This document shows, one piece after another, positions 16,011 to 20,000 of a stretch of DNA of 20,000 nucleotides. The translations under genes and the position numbers were made by a program. Positions within the stretch are counted from its first letter, which is position 1. Each line of letters opens with the position of its first letter. The DNA is taken from IMG/VR virus record IMGVR_UViG_3300020048_000092; one strand, written 5' to 3'. A model generated the notes under the pieces. The model was not told the origin of the DNA and searched no databases. It saw only the letters and a program-made list of their open reading frames with translations. The stretch comes from an uncultured virus (IMG/VR IMGVR_UViG_3300020048_000092). Its lineage: Duplodnaviria; Heunggongvirae; Uroviricota; Caudoviricetes.

Positions 16011-16084
16011 GGACCTATCGTCTAAATGGTCAGGACATCAGCCTTTCACGCTGACAATCTTGGGTTCGAGTCCCAGTAGGTTCA
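16011..16084 (+). tRNA. tRNA-Glu(TTC)
   Basis: GGACCTA/TAGGTTC; TCAGC-CTTTCAC-GCTGA. Confidence 0.92.
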
Positions 16085-16110
16085 CAAGAATTAAGGAGAA
16101 TTAAAAAAAA

Positions 16111-16920
16111 ATGGAAAAATTAACAGCAATAACTATAATAATTGTAGCATCAGTAATAGGTATGATTTTTTTAACTTGGCCAAAAGAACCAAAACTTTGT
16201 GAGCCGTTCGTAAAGATAACTTCCCCACACAGTTATGAATACAGTTGTTTTGAAAAAGATATGCCTTTAGTATTTGAAGGTAATGCCTCAATAGATTGTA
16301 GAGATGTGTCAAACCAGATAATGTGGAAAAGTAATAAAGATGGTGAACTAAATGTAGGAAAAAGATTTACTGCTTCCCTTTCACCAGGGAGACATACTAT
16401 AACTGCGCAAATAGATGATAGAGCCAAAAACTCAATTAGTGTTATAGTTGACAAAAATATTGTAAAAAAAGCGACACAAAAAATTGACACTATCAAAATA
16501 AAAGATATGGATGGAGATATTTTTATAGTAGATCGTATAAAAGGTGTTATTACTGATACAAATAAAGGATTAATGTGGCAAAGAAAGCCAGAAGTTTACC
16601 AATATAACTATGAAGAGGCTGTTGATCACGCCAAAAATAGTAAACTTGCAGGATATTCCAATTGGAGACTTCCTACACAACGTGAACTTGCGGATATACA
16701 TAACATTTATTACGATAAGAGAAATGCTCTTTTACACAGTGAATTTAGTACTTTTGAAGGTAAATTCTTATCATCAACACTAGTTCAGACAGAAGCAGGT
16801 TATAAATTTTGGGGCGGCGTGCAGCAAAGTTCATCTATTACAGCAGGGCTTTTTCATTCAAGTTTAGTAAACATTGCTCTTAATGCTAAAGTTTATGTAA
16901 GATTAGTCAGAAATATATGA
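16111..16920 (+). CDS. membrane-anchored protein with Ig/PKD-like domain and C-terminal DUF1566 (Lcl-type) domain
   Basis: N-terminal TM helix; WKSNKDG.L...LSPGRHTIT; DTNKGLMWQ...LAGYSNWRLPT..EL...VRLVR. Confidence 0.8.
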   Translation: MEKLTAITIIIVASVIGMIFLTWPKEPKLCEPFVKITSPHSYEYSCFEKDMPLVFEGNASIDCRDVSNQIMWKSNKDGELNVGKRFTASLSPGRHTITAQIDDRAKNSISVIVDKNIVKKATQKIDTIKIKDMDGDIFIVDRIKGVITDTNKGLMWQRKPEVYQYNYEEAVDHAKNSKLAGYSNWRLPTQRELADIHNIYYDKRNALLHSEFSTFEGKFLSSTLVQTEAGYKFWGGVQQSSSITAGLFHSSLVNIALNAKVYVRLVRNI

Positions 16921-16925
16921 GGTGA

Positions 16926-17186
16926 ATGATGGGAAATGTTTTTATTACATACGATGTCAACGACGAACCTACGAACGTAATTTTGGCAGACTGTAAAAGA
17001 GATGTTGAATTGGCTCTTACATTTGCCAAAGCCGACTGTCATAGAATAGAAGAGATAGATCTTAATAAAGTTGAAACTCATAATAATTTGGTTTTTCTAT
17101 TAACATCGACTAAAGCTAATAGCAGAACTGATTTTGGACACAGATCATTTGGTGTGGATTTTAGAATATGGAAAAGAGGTATTTAA
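16926..17186 (+). CDS. hypothetical protein
   Basis: 86-aa ORF, SD GAGGTG. Confidence 0.65.
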   Translation: MMGNVFITYDVNDEPTNVILADCKRDVELALTFAKADCHRIEEIDLNKVETHNNLVFLLTSTKANSRTDFGHRSFGVDFRIWKRGI

Positions 17187-17187
17187 T

Positions 17188-17604
17188 ATGAAACTAAACA
17201 AACATTGGATTTTAAGTTTAATTTTAATGATTATAATGCTTATAGCTGTGTTTTTATGTGGCGACATTCTTTTTGATACAAAATCTGTTTTTGAAGAAAG
17301 AGTTTTATACATTTCAAGAGTGCTATTTGGAGGAGCGGTAACTCTTGTAGGAATTGGCATTGTTTATCAATTATTTAATGGTCCTATTTTCTATAAAGAT
17401 ATTATTATCCCACATGATGGATTTAGTCATCATGTGTATCCTAACCATGTAATTATAGTTATTGGTAATAAATCTTATTCTTTCCCAAGGTATATGTGGA
17501 AATTTATAAGGCCTAAACTTAAAGATGGTTTGCCTATAACTGAATATTATAATATAAGAAAAAAGATTTTACGTTTTGATTTACATTTTGATTTAGATCT
17601 TTAA
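17188..17604 (+). CDS. hypothetical membrane protein (two TM helices)
   Basis: ATG 17188 with SD GAGGT; two hydrophobic segments. Confidence 0.7.
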   Translation: MKLNKHWILSLILMIIMLIAVFLCGDILFDTKSVFEERVLYISRVLFGGAVTLVGIGIVYQLFNGPIFYKDIIIPHDGFSHHVYPNHVIIVIGNKSYSFPRYMWKFIRPKLKDGLPITEYYNIRKKILRFDLHFDLDL

Positions 17605-17620
17605 TAAATAATTTTCATAC

Positions 17621-17692
17621 TGCGGGGTAGAGTAGTGGAAACTCAGGGGTCTCATACGCCTCGTCATGCCGGTTCGAGCCCGGCCTCCGCAA
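17621..17692 (+). tRNA. tRNA-Met(CAT), initiator-like body
   Basis: TGCGGGG/CTCCGCA, A11-U24; GGGGT-CTCATAC-GCCTC. Lacks the C1:A72 mismatch and the canonical three G-C pairs. Confidence 0.8.
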
Positions 17693-17694
17693 AA

Positions 17695-17817
17695 GAAGTC
17701 ATCGTCTAATTGGCAGGACACTGGTCAAAAAATCTTTGTATACAAACTAGCTCTCATGAGCCGCCGTGCAAAGTTCATCATAAACCGGCTGTGTGAGTTC
17801 GAACCTCACTGACTTCT
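17695..17817 (+). ncRNA. tRNA body (CAT) with permuted Y-RNA-like module inserted in the anticodon loop
   Basis: GAAGTCA/TGACTTC acceptor, D- and T-arms, anticodon stem CTGGT/ACCGG. Insert: CTTTGTAT..AACTA-GCTC-tcat-GAGC-C-GCC-GTGCAAAG-TTCATC. Confidence 0.72.
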
Positions 17818-17826
17818 ATAATATAT

Positions 17827-17947
17827 GGGTCTGTAGCTCAGTTGGTAGAGCAGAACCGCTTTAAAAAATAACTCGTCTTTTAGACCGAAATTTTGAAGCT
17901 TATCACTTATAATGATCAGGTCGTAGGTTCGAATCCTACCAGATCCA
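17827..17947 (+). ncRNA. tRNA body (TAT) with permuted Y-RNA-like module inserted in the anticodon arm
   Basis: GGGTCTG/CAGATCC acceptor, canonical D- and T-arms. Insert: GCTTTAAAA..AACTC-GTCT-ttt-AGAC-C-GAA-A-TTTTGAAGC-TTATC. Confidence 0.78.
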
Positions 17948-17951
17948 CAAC

Positions 17952-17992
17952 ATCATGGTCGTAAATTTTAATTTGGGGCAAAAATAAAATTG
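17952..17992 (+). promoter_or_regulatory. bipartite repeated motif, copy 1 (candidate phage promoter)
   Basis: ATCATGGTCGTAA-N15-AAAAATAAAATTG; same boxes and spacing at 19618-19658. Confidence 0.55.
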
Positions 17993-18014
17993 GATTTTTA
18001 AAAGGTGGTTTTCT

Positions 18015-18278
18015 ATGAAAGAAAAATTGCGAACTAAAACAACATTTATCAAAGACAGGTTTCATATACGTTTACTAGAAAATGATCTTCTTATAAATGA
18101 GATGGCATGTAGAGACAAGATTGATATTGGGTGGTGCTGCAAGTATATGCTGCGTTGGTATGACAAGCTAGGAGGAATGTCAAAAATGGCAAGTTCATCC
18201 AGAGATCGTAATTGTAAAAACTATACTGAACCAGTAGGACGTATTTGGTATGAAAAAGATTTACGTAACAAAAAATAG
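18015..18278 (+). CDS. hypothetical protein
   Basis: 87-aa ORF, SD AAGGTGG. Confidence 0.7.
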   Translation: MKEKLRTKTTFIKDRFHIRLLENDLLINEMACRDKIDIGWCCKYMLRWYDKLGGMSKMASSSRDRNCKNYTEPVGRIWYEKDLRNKK

Positions 18279-18288
18279 AGAGGTTAAA

Positions 18289-18969
18289 ATGAATTATGTA
18301 TTAAAGTTTTTTTTGGTCATTTGTTTAACAGGATTATTTTCAACAGCTTTAGCAACACCAGTAACGTTTACAGATAATTTTGATACAGGAGGATTGATAG
18401 ATGCTGATTATGTTTATACTACCAGTACTTTTTCAAAAACTCCTTGGAAAATAGAAGATGGTGTATTTAAAACAGGGTCTTCAACACTACGACAAGATGT
18501 TCACTGGCAACATTATGTAGATATAAGATACACTATACCATATAATTTAGAAAATATTTCTATTTCTCTAGATTATCTTAACACCAGAGATTTTGGCGGA
18601 AGACTTTCAGTAGTGTTAGGAGAAGTAGATTCATTTGGAAATGCTATATGGACAAATGAATTTATATACTTTAACTGGGAAGATTGGTATCCTGTTGGCC
18701 CAGCTAGAGATAGAGTATCTAATGTAGAAACACGAGAATGGCAAAATATCAATATAACAGCTGAAAGTTTGACAGCACAGAGCCAGGGTAGACCTATTAA
18801 CACAATATTTATACGTGAATTGGATATCACAAATCAACTTGGGACTGGATATATCGATAATATAGTAATTAATGCTACACATTCACCAGAACCAGCAACA
18901 ATGGTTATGCTTGGCTTTGGTATTTTAGGAGTAACAAATCTTCTTAGGAGAAAATATGAAATCAGATAA
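18289..18969 (+). CDS. PEP-CTERM sorting-domain exported protein
   Basis: ATG 18289 (SD GAGAGG); signal peptide ending ALA; C-terminus SPEPATMVMLGFGILGVTNLLRRK (PEP, TM helix, basic tail). Confidence 0.88.
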   Translation: MNYVLKFFLVICLTGLFSTALATPVTFTDNFDTGGLIDADYVYTTSTFSKTPWKIEDGVFKTGSSTLRQDVHWQHYVDIRYTIPYNLENISISLDYLNTRDFGGRLSVVLGEVDSFGNAIWTNEFIYFNWEDWYPVGPARDRVSNVETREWQNINITAESLTAQSQGRPINTIFIRELDITNQLGTGYIDNIVINATHSPEPATMVMLGFGILGVTNLLRRKYEIR

Positions 18970-19252
18970 AATTCCTATGTTTGCAATAGGTAATGATGAG
19001 TTAGATCCCAGTAATAAAATAAAAAAAGGAGATCTAGTTAAATGTACTACATGCGGTGGAGCTCACCCTGTAGCATTAGGATCAAGTTCGCGTTTTGATA
19101 CTAAACTTAATAAATTAGTAGATGATGGTGAATCTAATGCTATGCAGTTCTACTCTTGCGGAAAAAAATGTTTCATGTGCGGAATAGACGGCGTTGCATT
19201 GCCAGGAATTGAAATAGTAAAGGACTATTATGAAGACAGAACTACAGATTAA
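18956..19252 (+). CDS. hypothetical Cys-rich protein
   Basis: 98-aa ORF, SD AGGAG; CTTCGGAH motif. Confidence 0.7.
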   Translation: MKSDKIPMFAIGNDELDPSNKIKKGDLVKCTTCGGAHPVALGSSSRFDTKLNKLVDDGESNAMQFYSCGKKCFMCGIDGVALPGIEIVKDYYEDRTTD

Positions 19253-19613
19253 ATTGTTTGAAAAATATCCAAAGATTTTTAAACAAAAAGATCTTTCAAT
19301 TAAAGAATCTTGTATGTGTTGGGGGGTTGAATGTGGCGATGGTTGGTACTGGTTAATAGACCAATTATGTAACAGTCTACAGCGTTATATTGACTCCAAC
19401 AATAAAGAACAGATTGAAGCTGTACAAATAAAAGAAAAATATGGAACTCTATGCTTCTATGCTGATGGTATAGAGGAATTTACTCAAGGAATGATTTGGT
19501 TAGCTGAGTCAATGTCTGGCGACGTATGTGAACTTTGTGGTTCTACTAACAATGTTACACAATCTACTGGATGGATTATGACCAGATGTGATAAATGTAA
19601 AAATGCAGAATAA
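19230..19613 (+). CDS. phage-type hypothetical protein
   Basis: ECGDGWYWLI...QIKEKYGTLCFY...CELCG...TRCDKC, a pattern I associate with large-phage hypothetical proteins. Confidence 0.75.
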   Translation: MKTELQIKLFEKYPKIFKQKDLSIKESCMCWGVECGDGWYWLIDQLCNSLQRYIDSNNKEQIEAVQIKEKYGTLCFYADGIEEFTQGMIWLAESMSGDVCELCGSTNNVTQSTGWIMTRCDKCKNAE

Positions 19614-19617
19614 TATA

Positions 19618-19658
19618 ATCATGGTCGTAACTTTTTAGCACGTTGAAAAATAAAATTG
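19618..19658 (+). promoter_or_regulatory. bipartite repeated motif, copy 2 (candidate phage promoter)
   Basis: ATCATGGTCGTAA-N15-AAAAATAAAATTG, 7 nt upstream of tRNA-Ile(TAT). Confidence 0.55.
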
Positions 19659-19665
19659 AATATCT

Positions 19666-19739
19666 TGTCCTGTAGCTCAATCGGTTAGAGCACCTGCCTT
19701 ATAAGCGGGCGACGATAGGTTCAATTCCTGCCGGGACAA
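19666..19739 (+). tRNA. tRNA-Ile(TAT)
   Basis: TGTCCTG/CGGGACA; CCTGC-CTTATAA-GCGGG; T-stem has one mismatch. Confidence 0.85.
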
Positions 19740-19752
19740 AAGAATTAACAAT

Positions 19753-19827
19753 AGCCGTATAGTTCAGTGGTAGAGCCACCGGCTCATAACCGGTCAGTCC
19801 CAGGTTCGAATCCTGGTGCGGCTACCA
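19753..19827 (+). tRNA. tRNA(CAT), elongator Met or Ile2, with encoded CCA
   Basis: AGCCGTA/TGCGGCT-A-CCA; ACCGG-CTCATAA-CCGGT. Confidence 0.92.
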
Positions 19828-19856
19828 AATAATACTAACTTAATAAGGAGAAACTG

Positions 19857-19952
19857 ATGGATAGTTTGGACATCCTTGAAGCGGTTTATGAAAACGGAGA
19901 ATTGAAAAGAGACATGGATTTTGCAACCGTTCGCGCAAATGCGAACAGATAA
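19857..19952 (+). CDS. 31-aa ORF resembling the C-terminal tail of nicotinamide phosphoribosyltransferase (possible remnant)
   Basis: SD AAGGAG; MDSLDILEAVYENGELKRDMDFATVRANANR. Confidence 0.45.
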   Translation: MDSLDILEAVYENGELKRDMDFATVRANANR

Positions 19953-20000
19953 AACAAATAGATTAAATTGAATCGTTAAGATCACGTTAAAGCCTCAGAG

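Noticed and set aside
17695..17947. Inserts as group I/II or bulge-helix-bulge introns
   Set aside because: About 50 nt is too short for a self-splicing ribozyme, and I could not draw a bulge-helix-bulge at the junctions.
182..19985. Minus-strand ORFs other than 13981-14496 (e.g. 182-646, 12508-12837, 15273-15713, 19794-19985)
   Set aside because: Antisense shadows of better-supported + strand genes or tRNAs, with no recognisable motifs.
1..20000. Stop-codon reassignment (alternative genetic code)
   Set aside because: Recognisable genes are full length in code 11, TAG and TGA end genes at expected positions, and no suppressor tRNA is present in the window.

Overview
AT-rich, almost entirely + strand window, most consistent with a large (jumbo-type) bacteriophage genome. 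A PEP-CTERM protein and a TAXI solute-binding protein suggest a Gram-negative host (inference). The left part encodes two ATP-grasp ligases, a GNAT, RuvB, a sigma-70-family factor and a divergent HD-domain tRNA nucleotidyltransferase. From ~8.6 kb there is a dispersed array of 16 tRNA genes among small ORFs. Thirteen of them end in discriminator+CAA rather than CCA. tRNA-Leu(UAA) carries a group I intron with an HNH ORF, tRNA-Thr and tRNA-Asn have long variable arms, and tRNA-Pro folds 8/4 next to a free-standing HNH gene. The most striking signal is a family of Y-RNA/stem-bulge-like elements (bulged-C Ro60-type helix, second helix, UUAUC). It occurs as five stand-alone 64-82 nt copies and as two circularly permuted copies inserted intron-like into the anticodon arms of tRNA bodies. 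Three further unassigned structured non-coding regions (~550, ~345 and ~158 nt) are present. All family assignments come from motif recognition by eye; no database search or folding program was run.
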